Part shown: positions 25,950 through 39,459 of the stretch, piece after piece | Layout of the letters: each line of letters begins with the position of its first letter | Numbering within the stretch: position 1 is the stretch's first letter | NCBI GenBank assembly: GCA_034780895.1 | Contig: JAUZTB010000107.1 | Location: 100,461,783-100,525,782, forward strand | From: Rhynchobatus australiae | Taxonomy: Eukaryota | Direction: 5' to 3' | DNA: 64,000 bases | Made by a program: the position numbers and the translations under genes | The notes under the pieces: generated by a model | Seen by the model: the letters and a program-made list of their open reading frames with translations, nothing else | Told to the model about the DNA's origin: nothing | Databases searched by the model: none

Positions 25950-26312
25950 CATGTGCCGAGAAGCTGGAGGCGCTGAAAATTCTCAGGTTGGGCAGCATCT
26001 ATGGTGAAAGACAGTTGACATTTCAGGTCCAAATGAGAATAATTAGAAACACAAGAAATTCTGCAGATGCTGAAATCTGGAGCAATACACAAAAAGTGCA
26101 GGAGGAACTCAGGTCAGGCAACACCTATGGAAGGAAATAAACNNNNNNNNNNNNNNNNNNNNNNNNNNNNNNNNNNNNNNNNNNNNNNNNNNNNNNNNNN
26201 NNNNNNNNNNNNNNNNNNNNNNNNNNNNNNNNNNNNNNNNNNACTCAGGTCAGGCAACACCTATGGAAGGAAATAAACAGTTAACATTTTGGGCTGAGAT
26301 CCTTCATCATAA
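25950..26312 (-). mobile_element. Penelope-like element terminal fragments
   Basis: CTGCAGATGCTGAAATCTGGAGCAA...GGAGGAACTCAG...CTATGGAAGGAAATAAACAGTT motif shared with 38755-38900, 62600-62685 and 63690-63895. Confidence 0.6.
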
Positions 26313-26539
26313 TTAGAAGTTTTGATATGCAGAGCCATGGAGGGAAAGTTGGACAGAACAAGAGGTTTTTGATGGGATGTCAGGCTTTGGAGGTAAAATG
26401 ACAGAAGACGTGATGGTGCAAGGTAAAAATGTGATTGTAGGTGTAAATACAGGATAATGATTTGAAAAACAGTTAAGGAATTGAATGCTAGAAATTAAGT
26501 CAGCCATTGTGGAGTGAAATGAGTCTTTTATAGAACACT

Positions 26540-27270
26540 AGTAGTAGCAATTGGTTCAGCAAGTCTGCTCTGTTATGCCAAGGAGATCACAGCTGATCTG
26601 ATATTTGCCTTCACACTGTACATTCCTCCTTACAGCAAGCCCTTTATGCTCCATCCTCTAGCAATAAAAACTAACAATCTATTTTCCTTATTTAATATAT
26701 TAAATGCAAGCTTTATATTTCATTGACAAAGTCACCCAGATCTCTGTACAGCCACATTCTGCAGTTTTTCTCCTGTCAAACAATATTTTCTGTTTTTCCA
26801 TATCAAACTAGATAACCTTTCTTTTGCCACATTATAGTCCATTTGCCAAATTTTTACCTGTTTGGTTAACTTGCATATATCCATTTACAAACTCTTTGTC
26901 CTTGCGACTTGCTTTCCCACCTATCTTTTCATCAAAAAAAGTGTTGCTACAATACACTTGGTCTCTTCTAGGTCACTAATCAAAATTGTAAATAGTTGAA
27001 GTCCAGAAATGATCCTTGTGGCATCTCATCTGTAATAGTTGCCAACCTGCAAATGACCCATTTTTCCTGTGTACTGTTATTAGTCTATCCCCTGTCCAGT
27101 GTCATATTTTTGTCCCAATGCCTTGAATTCCTACCTTATGCCATTACATTATCTGGCTCCTTTTAGAATGCCTTTTGGTATAACTAGTGGTTCTCCTTTA
27201 TTCACTTTGCTCATTGCATCCACAAACAAAACACTAAAATTTGTCAGTGTTTCTCTTTCATAAAACTTAT
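26540..27270 (-). mobile_element. Decayed CR1 LINE
   Basis: Reverse-complement similarity to the + strand CR1 remnant at 56560-56900 (CACATTATAGTCCATTTGCCAAA vs TTTGGCAAATGGAGTATAATGTG). Confidence 0.6.
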
Positions 27271-30200
27271 TGATATTGCGTATTGATGTTAAGTTATTGA
27301 ACTGAGAGGGTTAGGTTTCTTGACCAAGGAAACCGAGGAATGTGAGGATCAGGCTAAATGGACAATTGTAGGATCAGCTAGGATCTAAATGATGGAACAA
27401 CTTGAGGGGGCCTTTGGTCCACTTAAGTCTTATGGTTTTAGAACTACTAAGTTACTGATCTCAAGTGATTTTAGCTATTCCTTTAAATTTGGGTCAGATT
27501 CTGGAAGACCAGTTTTGTAAGCTTTCAATCTGCCACTCGTATTCAGGCCACAGTTACTAGTCTGTTTTCAAATTCACAGTTCTGTTGTTACTTTGTCACC
27601 TGGAACCATGATGTTGTTCCACTGAATCCAACCTTNNNNNNNNNNNNNNNNNNNNNNNNNNNNNNNNNNNNNNNNNNNNNNNNNNNNNNNNNNNNNNNNN
27701 NNNNNNNNNNNNNNNNNNNNNNNNNNNNNNNNNNNNNNNNNNNNNNNNNNNNNNNNNNNNNNNNNNNNNNNNNNNNNNNNNNNNNNNNNNNNNNNNNNNN
27801 NNNNNNNNNNNNNNNNNNNNNNNNNNNNNNNNNNNNNNNNNNNNNNNNNNNNNNNNNNNNNNNNNNNNNNNNNNNNNNNNNNNNNNNNNNNNNNNNNNNN
27901 NNNNNNNNNNNNNNNNNNNNNNNNNNNNNNNNNNNNNNNNNNNNNNNNNNNNNNNNNNNNNNNNNNNNNNNNNNNNNNNNNNNNNNNNNNNNNNNNNNNN
28001 NNNNNNNNNNNNNNNNNNNNNNNNNNNNNNNNNNNNNNNNNNNNNNNNNNNNNNNNNNNNNNNNNNNNNNNNNNNNNNNNNNNNNNNNNNNNNNNNNNNN
28101 NNNNNNNNNNNNNNNNNNNNNNNNNNNNNNNNNNNNNNNNNNNNNNNNNNNNNNNNNNNNNNNNNNNNNNNNNNNNNNNNNNNNNNNNNNNNNNNNNNNN
28201 NNNNNNNNNNNNNNNNNNNNNNNNNNNNNNNNNNNNNNNNNNNNNNNNNNNNNNNNNNNNNNNNNNNNNNNNNNNNNNNNNNNNNNNNNNNNNNNNNNNN
28301 NNNNNNNNNNNNNNNNNNNNNNNNNNNNNNNNNNNNNNNNNNNNNNNNNNNNNNNNNNNNNNNNNNNNNNNNNNNNNNNNNNNNNNNNNNNNNNNNNNNN
28401 NNNNNNNNNNNNNNNNNNNNNNNNNNNNNNNNNNNNNNNNNNNNNNNNNNNNNNNNNNNNNNNNNNNNNNNNNNNNNNNNNNNNNNNNNNNNNNNNNNNN
28501 NNNNNNNNNNNNACCTAATCTATTAAGGATAATTATTGGTGAAATTTGAGGTGGTAAGTATCTTTTCTTAAAGGGACAAAATTGGGGGCTATTTTCCTCT
28601 AGCTTTAAGCATACTTGGCTATACAAGTAGGTTTCTCATGAACAATGCTTACAAACTCACAAACACCCAATTTGTGTGCACCTATACATAAGAACAAGCG
28701 TTTGGGAGACAGGAAGGAGGGATTTGCCGGTAGCTGTGGGGATGCAGTATCTACTGCATAGGAACTCAGTTCGTGGCTGCATTTCCGACTTGTGAATTGT
28801 TCGTAACCCGAACAGAACCCTGCCGTAACCTGGGCCTATGCTAAAGTTCAGTTTTTTAAAGAACTGATTGAATAAAATCTTCTTTCTCTTACCATTCTCT
28901 TGATCCTATTGAGTGGTGCTGTTGCTATGCAAAGTAAAGATTACCAGTTTTTAAGGCAAGATTTTGATTGACTGTGTTTACGGGATACTGAAATTGTTCC
29001 ATAGAACAACCACTAATTGACTTTGTTTTAAACCAGTGCTTGAATTGAACTAATGTCTTATGGGAGATCTCATGATAATAGCTCAGCATAGAGATCTATT
29101 TGGATCATGTGAATATGATTTTTTCCCAAAATAATTGATTTTAAATATCAAATCAAAATGTTTAAGACTGGTGAAGATCATGGCACTTTTTCTTTAAAAG
29201 TGCTCATCTTGCAACAATGTCATTCATGGTTGCCATTTGAGTTTTTAACCTGTTTTTTATTATATACTGAAATAACATTTAAATGTTGAGGATAGGACTT
29301 GACATAGCATAAGACTAGTATGACATATACCCAATCATTGCTTGTGACCTGACTTCATATATCTACCTTTTCTGCTTATGCCCTAGTATCATTGGCTGAC
29401 AATAATGTAACAATCTGAGAGAGAAAATTAGCAATTATTGGAATGTCATCTGCCTTTTCTTGAAGACTTCCAATGCAAAACTTGTAAATTAAATTCTACA
29501 TGGGAGATGTCGGTATAACTAGAGAGGGAAAGATTGCTTCATGAATGGCTCATATAATGACCACTCGAGGGATAATAAGGAATTTTAACTATTTACAAAA
29601 AACAGAAGTGCTACATTTTTATGTAAAGCTTAATATGATACCAACAACAGCTTCCCATTTTCAAACACTAACTAGCACACTTACTTCTCTGAATTTTACC
29701 ACCATTTCCTTGCTAGTGGCCAAGCCTCTGCCTCAGTTATCTGCCATGATTTACAGAACTGTTTGAAGCTCCTTGTAGACTGAAATGGGTTTCCAGCTGA
29801 AGTGCTATAATGTCACAAATTGTAATTTATTTTAAACTATATTCTAACAATATGTAGTTAGTTGTTTGTAACAGTCAATATTTTTGTACAGCCACAGCAG
29901 TAACGAAGTTGCCTTAACGAAGGCAGTGTTTCACCTACATAATTCTGGCCATTGGATATGGGGATAATATACCTATATAAGATTAGTTTTATGTTAGCTC
30001 ATTCATGCTTGCTTCTAATTTTGGTTTGGAAATTCACTCCTGAAATTCAGAAAACTAGTGAAGCATTTGATTTTAAACACTATTCTGCTTGTGTGGGGGA
30101 ATGGGATGTGGAGAAGGCATGTCAGCATAAGCAGAGTTCTGTTATTTTAAAATGTGGAGTTGAACCATGCCAACTAAAAACTTCCAGATTGAGCACGACT

Positions 30201-30601
30201 CCAATATTTGCTGAAAGGTTGCATCTTTTATTCCCTAAGGAAGATGGAATTGTATTCACTAATTTTCTTAGTTGCATTAAAGTCTGACCCATTGAGTTAA
30301 CAAATGTGTTCAAATGTAGAAGGCTGAAATATTGTGGAACCATAACTTACTACTAAAATAAATGAACTTCTGGGTAATCTCAATTTGGAATTTAATGACA
30401 AACTTCTCACACTGCGCAAGCCTTAGCCAACTCCCCCTTCCCCTCAAGCAGTTTGTTCTGTTGTTTCCCGGTGACACTTTCTGCTCTGACAAATATGCTG
30501 TTCGATTTAATTCTGGATAAGATTTATCTGATCTATATTCTGCTTATTCTAATGTTTTATTTACTACTCTTTTGTCTCCATCTTTGATTCTTGAAACATA
30601 G

Positions 30602-30673
30602 GAATCCATCTGCTGCTTTCTACCGAGCTTTCCCTGTAAACAAGTCTCGGGATGCAAAGAACCTCTACGATAG
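30602..30673 (+). CDS. TSC22D2: TSC22D2 coding exon 2, 72-nt symmetric (phase 2/2) cassette exon
   Basis: Acceptor CTTTTGTCTCCATCTTTGATTCTTGAAACATAG|G, donor GATAG|GTATGA. In frame with exon 1 it encodes (R)NPSAAFYRAFPVNKSRDAKNLYD(S), aligning with my recollection of mammalian TSC22D2 RNPSTAFYQAFHLNTLKESKSLWDS that follows DGDED. Confidence 0.92.
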   Translation, partial: ESICCFLPSFPCKQVSGCKEPLR

Positions 30674-33154
30674 GTATGACTGTACATGAAAATGCATACA
30701 AGCAGTAGTATGCATGTATTTGCTTCGCACTGTTCTGGTTTCTCGTCAACCATTTAGAAAGAATAAGTGCAATTTATGTCACACATGCAGTCAAATATCT
30801 TAGGGGTATTGGTATACACCAAGAACCCTCAAAATACTAGTAGAAGTTATACCCAACCTTGATTAGTAATCCTTTCAGGCAAGGTAACTTCACATTGGGG
30901 TGCAGTGCTCATTAAATGAGAGTTTGGATGGGAAGAGAGGAGAAACTTTCCTTCTGCCCTGTTAGCATTGTGCTCCGTGTCATCATTAGACTGCATACAA
31001 AATTAACATTTAAGCAATAATAAAGCAGGATTACTGAAGGTCAAGAAGCGCAGCTTTCAGTTTGAAGGCATGCTAGGATGACTTTATTTGTAGAAAATAT
31101 GAGTAGAGATCACACCATTTTATTATCATAGCATTGATAAACTGGCAGTTTGCTTAGTGTCATATGGGTATATGCAAAAATTTAATGCTGTTAAAATTTA
31201 AAAGGAAAATGTACACCCCAGACAGTTGACATTTTTAATTCCCCAAACTAGAGAGACAAATATTTGCTCATTAAGATACCACACTGAATATTCTTTCTCA
31301 AAACCTGCATGCCAGAATGCCTGGAGTTAGTTATCTTCTGGTGTTGCTGCTATCTGTCAGGTAACTTCTGTGAGGACTAGCTTCTGTTGTGAAAGGAAAG
31401 CCAGCATTTGGCCTTTTTAAAACAAAAACTGTCTCCAACCTCAATTACAAATTTATCCTCTTCTACATTATTTTAAAAGTTTGGCGAGAAACATTCTTAA
31501 TGAGTATNNNNNNNNNNNNNNNNNNNNNNNNNNNNNNNNNNNNNNNNNNNNNNNNNNNNNNNNNNNNNNNNNNNNNNNNNNNNNNNNNNNNNNNNNNNNN
31601 NNNNNNNNNNNNNNNNNNNNNNNNNNNNNNNNNNNNNNNNNNNNNNNNNNNNNNNNNNNNNNNNNNNNNNNNNNNNNNNNNNNNNNNNNNNNNNNNNNNN
31701 NNNNNNNNNNNNNNNNNNNNNNNNNNNNNNNNNNNNNNNNNNNNNNNNNNNNNNNNNNNNNNNNNNNNNNNNNNNNNNNNNNNNNNNNNNNNNNNNNNNN
31801 NNNNNNNNNNNNNNNNNNNNNNNNNNNNNNNNNNNNNNNNTGCACCATGATAAATAACATTGAGTATGTTTGTGTGGATGCTGCTTTTCTTCACTGCCTG
31901 GTAATGCTTGTGTGAGGCACAGAGTAGAGCACACAACTTGAAATGCCACTAAAAATCTGCTGCAACACTGCAGTGTTGTGTGTTGGTTTGTAAAGTTGAG
32001 CACCATTTCTTTTCCAGCAAGGTCATTTTTCTGGAAAACATTAAGGTTCATTTTTCATTCCACTTGTTTGTATATACTATCAGTTTTTAGAAGTATAACT
32101 TCTGTGATTTGCAAATGTCTAGATTCATTTTATTTTAGGTCTCATCTTGCTTCAGTGCAGTTAGAGTAAATGAAACTGCTTTGATGTGTTATTTTTCAAG
32201 ATCTACTCCAGGATTGTGGAATTTACATCAACCATTGCCTCTTTATATAGAAATATAAAGTCAGCAAAAATGAACAGGTCATACGATGTTACTACAGTTA
32301 AAATACTGTGGTTATTGGCCATCTATAGTGGCAGAAAATGTTGGGAAATACTGGGCAGCAGATTTGTGGATCGTAAGTGTTAACTGCTCCCTCCACAGAT
32401 ACTGCCTGTCAAGACTGTGATTGATATATTATCAGATAAAAAGGGAAGCAAAGTATATGAAATTCCCTGCTCCCTGAACTGCTCTTGCTATGTTCAGTAA
32501 TTCAGTGTTTTCCTTTTTTGTTTGCCGCTGTTGTGTGAGATCAAAGAAGAACATAAGTAGAAGCAGCATAAGTCATTTGAACCCTGGTACCTGTTCCACC
32601 ATTCGATAATATAGTTCTTGTGGCTGAGCACCACCTTACTACACAAACCCATATCCTTTGTTCCCTTCAATACAAATCTGCTCTTAGGTAGAGACTTCCA
32701 AAGAGTCGTTATCACTTAATCAAGATTTCTCCTTGATTCTATCCTCCATGGCTGACCTCTTATTTTGAGACACAGCACCCTGGTTTTAGAAACTGGTTCC
32801 CCCAGCAAGGGAAATATCCAAATCCAGCCTATCAGCCACCTCAAGTGTATTGCTAAGTCAGATGTTGGTGTTCTGAAACAGCTGGCCATATCTGAATTTT
32901 TACAACTAAGTTACCACTTAACAGGAAGCAAGTGCGGTAAGGTGAAAACGCCCGATTTCAACTGAGAATTGTAAAGTATATTTGTATAAGAATGTGTGTT
33001 TTAATTTTCACTTATTTTGTACAGCAAAGCAACAGTTTCCATTGGTGCCATCAGTAAAGGAGGAAAGATGTCTATATTGCCTAAGGGATGATATTTATTG
33101 TTTTTATAGGACCATTTCAATGAAATATTTGATTTGGATAGGTGGCAGTCGAAA

Positions 33155-33590
33155 AAGATTTACATTTATGTAGCGCCTTCAGGTCTCTTTCGAGGCATTC
33201 CAAGTGATATACAGCTAATGACGTGCTTTTGAAGTGTGATCATTGTGGAAAATGAAGGAAACACTGCAACCAATTTAAATACTGCAAGCTATACAAACAT
33301 CAACCTGTTATGATCAGATGGCCTGTTTTACTAATGTTGATTGAGTAATTAATACTGGACAAACTATAGGTAATTCTTCCTGTCTTCAGAATATTATTTT
33401 ATCTTTCGTGTCCATCTGATAGACCAGATATGACATTGATTAATGGTTCATCAGGAAGATGGCATTTCTGGCAAGTGCAGCACTGCACTGAAATATCAGC
33501 CTAGATTTTTTTTTCTGTTAGTCTCCGGAGCGAAACTAGAATCCATCACCTGGCTTGGTTGCAAGAATTGTACCAACCAAAAATGCAATA
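33155..33590 (-). mobile_element. Ancient Deu-domain SINE (SacSINE1/AmnSINE1-like)
   Basis: TTTACATTTATGTAGCGCCTT tail and TCATCAGGAAGATGGCATTTCTGGCAAGTGCAGCACTGCACTGAAATATCAGCCTAGATT segment resembling the Deu-SINE core as recalled; a related decayed copy at ~45370-45740. Confidence 0.6.
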
Positions 33591-35384
33591 CCTTTAAAAA
33601 CGTGTATGGATATTGTACTTGAATTGTCTGTCACTGTTTGAATGTCTTCTCATGCTTTTAATGTTGTAAAGTGTTCAAAGGGGTTCATGAGCAAAATTGA
33701 ACCATGTAGTGATATTAGGCAACTACCAAAAATTTGATCAAACAAATAGGTTTTAAGCATCTTGGAGGGAGGTTAAGAGTTGGGGTGTCTGTAGGGGAGC
33801 TTGAAGCTTGTGATCATTGTAAGTGAAGGAATGAACACCAATAGTAGACTGCTTAAAATGTCAGAAATGGAGGAGTGCAGATGCTATGATAACGATGGTA
33901 TTGAAGGTAGAGATCAGAAATTGGGAGAGATGAGGTTGTGGAGGTGTTTAAAACTACAAGTTTATACTTCTATGACTATTTACATAATTATTTATACTGG
34001 AGACGTGCATTTGGAAGTTGACCTTTCTAGTTCATTTAATGTTCTGTTGATCAATTGATAACTACGCAAATTGAGCCATAACATCGATGTTACTACTTTT
34101 AATAGCAGCTTCCACGGTTAACCTAATTTTTTTGGCAACTTCCATTTTCTTGTATTAAGGACATAATAGCATATGAAAATAACTGGAATAAATGTTGTAA
34201 TGTAGCCAATCAATTCTTTGAACTGCATTTTAGAAAGCTTAAGGGCACAAACTTTGCATTGTGGTCAAATCACTAAATCTGAATTTAAGCACTTTTATTC
34301 TACTTTATCCCTGAATTTTCCAGGCAAGGGAGGAGAAAACTAGTGTGTTGAATCCTTCACACAACAAATTGCAGAGCCTAATTACTTTATCTCTTGAAAG
34401 GGCATAAAATGCAAATGGGTTGGTACATGTTTCCCAGATGATTACTTCTAAATAAAAGACTTATATAACTAAAGACTTTTGAAAAGTGCAAAATGGATTG
34501 TAATGTGAATGTCAGTTCAAAAATATAGGTGTATATTTGTTATTTCAAGATGGCAATAATCTGATTAAGCACANNNNNNNNNNNNNNNNNNNNNNNNNNN
34601 NNNNNNNNNNNNNNNNNNNNNNNNNNNNNNNNNNNNNNNNNNNNNNNNNNNNNNNNNNNNNNNNNNNNNNNNNAAGCACAGTTCAGGATAAAGAAACTTC
34701 AATTACTCTTGACCTTTATTTCCTTGGGTTGTGTGCCACGAGTCATGTGGGACTTTTCATTACAACTCCTACTTGTATGACCTGTTTCTTCACGTAAAGC
34801 AATTTCAGTTCCTTCAATGGCGGTAGTTTCTTTCTGCCTCTTCTAGTGCTCATTTAAGTCATGCTTTTAAATTAGTAACTACAATCATTTAGTAATCATT
34901 ATTTTTATTGCATTTCGGAATACTGTTTTATTTTATAAGGATGTAGTCATTTAGGAAACATTTTTTTGGGGGGTGTGGTTTGCAGGGTGGAGTACGAAAA
35001 TGTGCTGAACGCAATGGTGGTTGATTGTACATCACAGAATCTTAACTTTTGAATACACTCAGTTGATGTGGTTTAAAGTGATAATGTATGAATACATAGG
35101 TGTGCACATTTCCAAGCTTCTAAGTGTAAATACAATGGCCTGTGTTTTGCTGACCATTCCACATGGAACTGCCAGCTTCTTTAATCTGTAAGTGTGCATA
35201 TTTAACTGAGGTTTGTACAGTGGTGGAGAAGAAAGGTAAGTTGCATTTTTTTTAAATGTTTTTGATTTAATGGCTTTTAAATCTTTAATGTCAAGGGCAT
35301 TCAGAAGCTCTTTCAAAAGAAATTGTTAGCTTTATCAACCTGCAAAGCAGGGGATATGACTTTTCCGTCCATCAAACTTCTCAG

Positions 35385-36010
35385 TTATGTAGGATACATG
35401 TATGAAAAAGGGCCATTGGCCCAATAAGTCCATCCTGGTGTTTGTACTCCACTCATGCCTCTCCTGTCTTTCCTTGTCTAAACCCTCTGTACCCTTTTCC
35501 TTCATGTATGTCCAGCCTATCCTGTAGTTCATCTATACAATTTGCTTCCTGTTGGTAGTGAGTTTCATGTTCTCAGCACTCTGAAGAAGTTTATTTTCAA
35601 TTGCCTTTGGATTACTTGGTGACTGTCTTGTATTGATCACCTCTAGTTGTGCTCTTATCCACTAGTAGAAGCATTTCTGTTATAAGTTAGACCTTTTATT
35701 AGGTTGCCCCTCAACTACCTCTACTTGAGGGAAATGAAGTAGCAGTAGCAGGTTACCCTTTGAGTCTCCTGTCATTCATGGCTGCTCTAATCTTGGCAGC
35801 AACACCAATTTCCTGTCTTCTCATCATGCCCTTTGACTCCCTTGTAGTTTAAATGATTATCTTCTTCTGATGTACAAATTCTTCCATTTCTGACACCTTT
35901 CTGAAACTCCTTGGTACCCTCTTCTGTGTCTCTTTCTGATTTACATAATGTGGCAGCCAGAATTGTACGCAGTACCTTTGTGGTTGAAGCCAGGTTCACC
36001 ACAGGTTTTA
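35385..36010 (-). mobile_element. Decayed CR1 LINE 3' region
   Basis: GGCCATTGGCCCAATAAGTCCATCCTGG tail plus CCAGAATTGTACGCAGTAC-type segment, the reverse of the CR1 'EYCVQFW' coding region. Confidence 0.55.
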
Positions 36011-36527
36011 ACTTTCCAATTCTGTCCCTCTAGAAATAAACCCTAGAACTTTGTTTACTTTTTTTATCTTGCGAACCTGTGGTGCAACGTTTAGCCTTTG
36101 GTGTATGTGTATTCCCAAGGACCCTTTGCTCCTCTCCCAGCTATGCTCTCATCTTAGTAATGTGTGACTCCCCTATTCTCCCTATCCAATGTGGTACCTT
36201 GAGTTTCAAGGGCAAGGCTGGTTTAGACCTGTCCACATCACTGCTGTGGTTTGAGGCCCATGTGCTACACAAGACCTTGTTGGTTAGCCCCAATATACTT
36301 GGGCAGCAAGTTCGGCCATTTGGATCTAGAAGTAGATCACACTCTGCTATTGGAAAATGTAATGTATAACATGGTGAAATTTTTTTTAGTTATTACCTCT
36401 TATCCATTGAAAATTTTGCTGCTTCCTTTTCAGAACTGTGCAATGTTTGATATTCAGGCTAGCAGAACTCTTGCAAACATGCACGTTAGTGAGATTGCAT
36501 AGAATCAGATCCTTGGGTCAATTCATC

Positions 36528-36900
36528 ATATAGGCATCCCTCTGGTTACAACAGCATTCTGTTCCTGAGAACTGTTCACAACCATAACTTTTAAGTCGAG
36601 AACAGCGTGTGGGAGAGGATCACAGAAATAGCTGTGACAGGAGATTGAGCAGGGGTGGAAAGAGTGGCCACCAGCTGCCCTCATGGACTCGGTGGGTGAA
36701 CAAGTGAGTCTTCTCAGCGCTCCCATCTCTGCTCTGCTCAAGCCAGCCCCCGGTTGTTGTGGGGTGGAGAGAGAAGGTGCAGAAATGCTGTGTTCCCACC
36801 TGGCGGAAGATGCCAGTAGCTCTGCAGCAGCTGGCAAATCTATCCCCATCCCTCCTGCTGGTTTCCCAAACGTGTTCGTAAGTTCAAGGTGCCCATTAGT
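36528..36900. mobile_element. Possible Tigger/pogo-like non-autonomous DNA transposon remnant
   Basis: Locally GC-rich block starting TATAGGCATCCCTCTGGTTAC...TTCTGTTCCTGAGAACTGTTC and ending GTTCGTAAGTTC; similar GTTCGTAAC motifs at 28620-28840. TIRs could not be resolved cleanly. Confidence 0.35.
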
Positions 36901-38613
36901 CGGAGGTGTGTGACCTGGGCAGGACCTGTTTGCAGTATGACATCCTTCTACCAATAGAGAAATGAGAAAAGCCTTTGAGTTTTCTCTTTATAATTTGAGT
37001 TCATCCAATTTCCATTAACGTCAATGATTTGTTTTTAATCTCCATTACCTCATCATTCCAAGTATTGAGCCAAGCATTGGTGTTTTCCTGAGATTTACTT
37101 TTCATTAATATGATAATGTATTTATTGAACAACTTAAACTATTCACTGCACTTGTGCCGTTAATGGCGTCAACATGCCAAATCTCAATCCTGCCCCCTTT
37201 AAACCATAGAGCTTTTGTTACTCATATCTTTGTGGCTTATGGCTGCACCAAGTTCTACAATTAAGTTTTGCAGTCACTTCCTGCTCTTGCGTAACTGAAT
37301 ATCTGTGGTAATTGTTAATACTTGGGCAAACCATGTAAAATGTGGTCTGAGAATATTTTGCAATGTTGCAAAAATGTTAAATTCTTCCTGCTGCCTCATT
37401 GCTCCCAACCCCAAGGATGCTTAAGAGTAATTGTAAATTTAAAAATGAGCTTTAAACTATGCTCTAATGGAAGTGATAACCTTCCTGTGTCTGTCTTCTA
37501 TGTTTGTAAAGAATGGACTAGCAGGTACTGAATAAAACACAATCTATTCTAATTTGATTAACTCCAACAAAATGACCCACATGACTTTTGAGTCGTTATC
37601 ACTTTCCTCTTTCCTCCCCACCTAGTTTTGTTTGGAGTAAATGGAAATTATATAATAGGTCAGTTGTTCCGAAAGTTTAACTCTCATAGAACTATCAAAC
37701 TTCAGAATTCCCTTAGTGTTGTGGAAGCAGTCTTGAGTATTTTTAAAGTGGGTAGGTAGGCACTTGATAGGGGGATGAAATCTTGCATTGGGTGGACAGG
37801 AAGGCTGGGTTGAGGTTGCAGTCATATCAGCTGTGTTTTTATTGAATGGCAGAGCAGGTTGAGGGGCTACACCTAATTGCCTACACCTCCTAACTTGTGT
37901 AACTTTCCTGCCTCTTGTTAAGGCAGAGCTATGTTTCCAAGTAATTCCATACTTCTGTTACATTCTCCATTTGTTACTCATGACTGGATAAGTGGGAGTG
38001 GGTAACAGGAGTTTTCTTGAGAACTCTGCCAATTGAAAGTAGATATGGAACTTGGCTGATTAAACTCAATGGAGGAGTAAATTGCATTGGGAAGTACTAT
38101 GCTACTATTGGAACACTAATTTGGCTGAACCCAGTGCCCGAAGTATTTTGTGGCTGGTCCCCTTATTTTGAAATGGACATTCCAGGAAAATATTCATGAA
38201 TATGTATAATGGTGAGGTGTTAAATCAGTGATGCCTCATATTCAGTTTATTGGAGTGATAAGTAAGAATGTCTTTTCAAATTGCTGAAAATTCTTGGTTG
38301 ATTCAGTATTCAATAAACTTAGTGTCTGAAGACTGAATTTTCCTAGGGAGCTGTTTCTGAGCCATCATACTTTACAGTTGCTGTCTCTGAGTAGGGGAAA
38401 TTACTCCTTGTGCAAAAAAACATTGCTATCCATTTTTTTTGGACTGAAGTTTGGGGCCTGCTTAGCAGGAATTCAAACAAGAATTTGAGAGTCATTGGCA
38501 AAAATAAAGCCAATGTTTTAAATGTTTCATTTGAGTGCAGTGGGTCAATAAAATTGATATCACGCTATATGGGCTAAGGAAATTTAGCATTTCCCCAATG
38601 ACTAACCAATTTT

Positions 38614-38995
38614 TTACAGATGCACCATAGAAAGCATTCTATCTGGATGCATCACACCTTGGTAGAGCAGTTTCCATGCCCAAGATCGCAAGAAATTGTA
38701 GAGGCTTGTGAACTCTGTCCAGTCTATCACAAAAATCAGCCTCCTCTTCATTGAGACATAAGAGACTGCAGATGCTGAAATCTGGAGCAACGGCCAATCC
38801 TGATGCAGGATTTCAACATGAAATGTTGACAATTCTTTCCCCCCCGCTCCCCCAGATGCTGATTGACACACTGAGTTCCTCCAGCAGTTTGCTGCTCCCC
38901 CCACCCCCCCAATTGATTCTGTCTACACTTCATTATCTTGAAAAAGCAGGCAACATAATCAAGGACCCCTCCTCCCCAATCATTCTCTCCCCTTT
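38614..38995 (+). mobile_element. Rex1/Babar LINE fragment interrupted by a Penelope-like insert (~38755-38900)
   Basis: 38614-38754 reads YRCTIESILSGCITPW...QDRKKL*RLVNSVQSIT; LINE-like sequence resumes at ~38905 (ATTGATTCTGTCTACAC...GCAGGCAACATAATCAAGGACCCC). Confidence 0.7.
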
Positions 38996-39459
38996 TTCTC
39001 TCTCTCTCTCCTTCACTTCCCCCTTGCCCTAAATCTATTTACTCTAGTTTTATTCACTTCTAAGGGAGAAAGATTCCTGTCTTGTTTATAAAGACAGAGC
39101 AAGAATTTTTTTCATAAATGAGTATCTTGGCTTCTGCTAAAAAGCTTAATGGTTAAATTTTGGGCACTGGCTTTAGCTTCACTTCCACTTTCCACCCTGA
39201 GTTGAAGGCTTCATTGCTTAAGAAGCAGAGTTGTGCTGCAAATTTACTTTGTGAAGAATGAGATGACTGACTATAAACTTTTGCCTGTTGGTGTCTCTAA
39301 ACTGGAAATCGCTGACACAAATCTTGTGTTTAACATGGCGACATTGCATCACTTGATTGAAACTTGAATATTGTAAAGTGCATTGTTTTAGCACAGAGTC
39401 ATGTAGGCCCTTCTTGCTGCCCTACACTTGGTCTGCACTGACCAAGTGGTATCCAATTA

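Larger units (their letters stand above)
4730..30601 (+). other. TSC22D2: TSC22D2 intron 1 (GT-AG, ~25.9 kb including gaps)
   Basis: GTATGT at 4730; pyrimidine tract and TAG acceptor ending 30601; phases match. Confidence 0.85.

Noticed and set aside
27574-28626. Long X-rich ORFs here and at ~16.3, 31.4, 43.7, 46.1 and 47.6 kb
   Set aside because: Produced by N runs that contain no stop codons.
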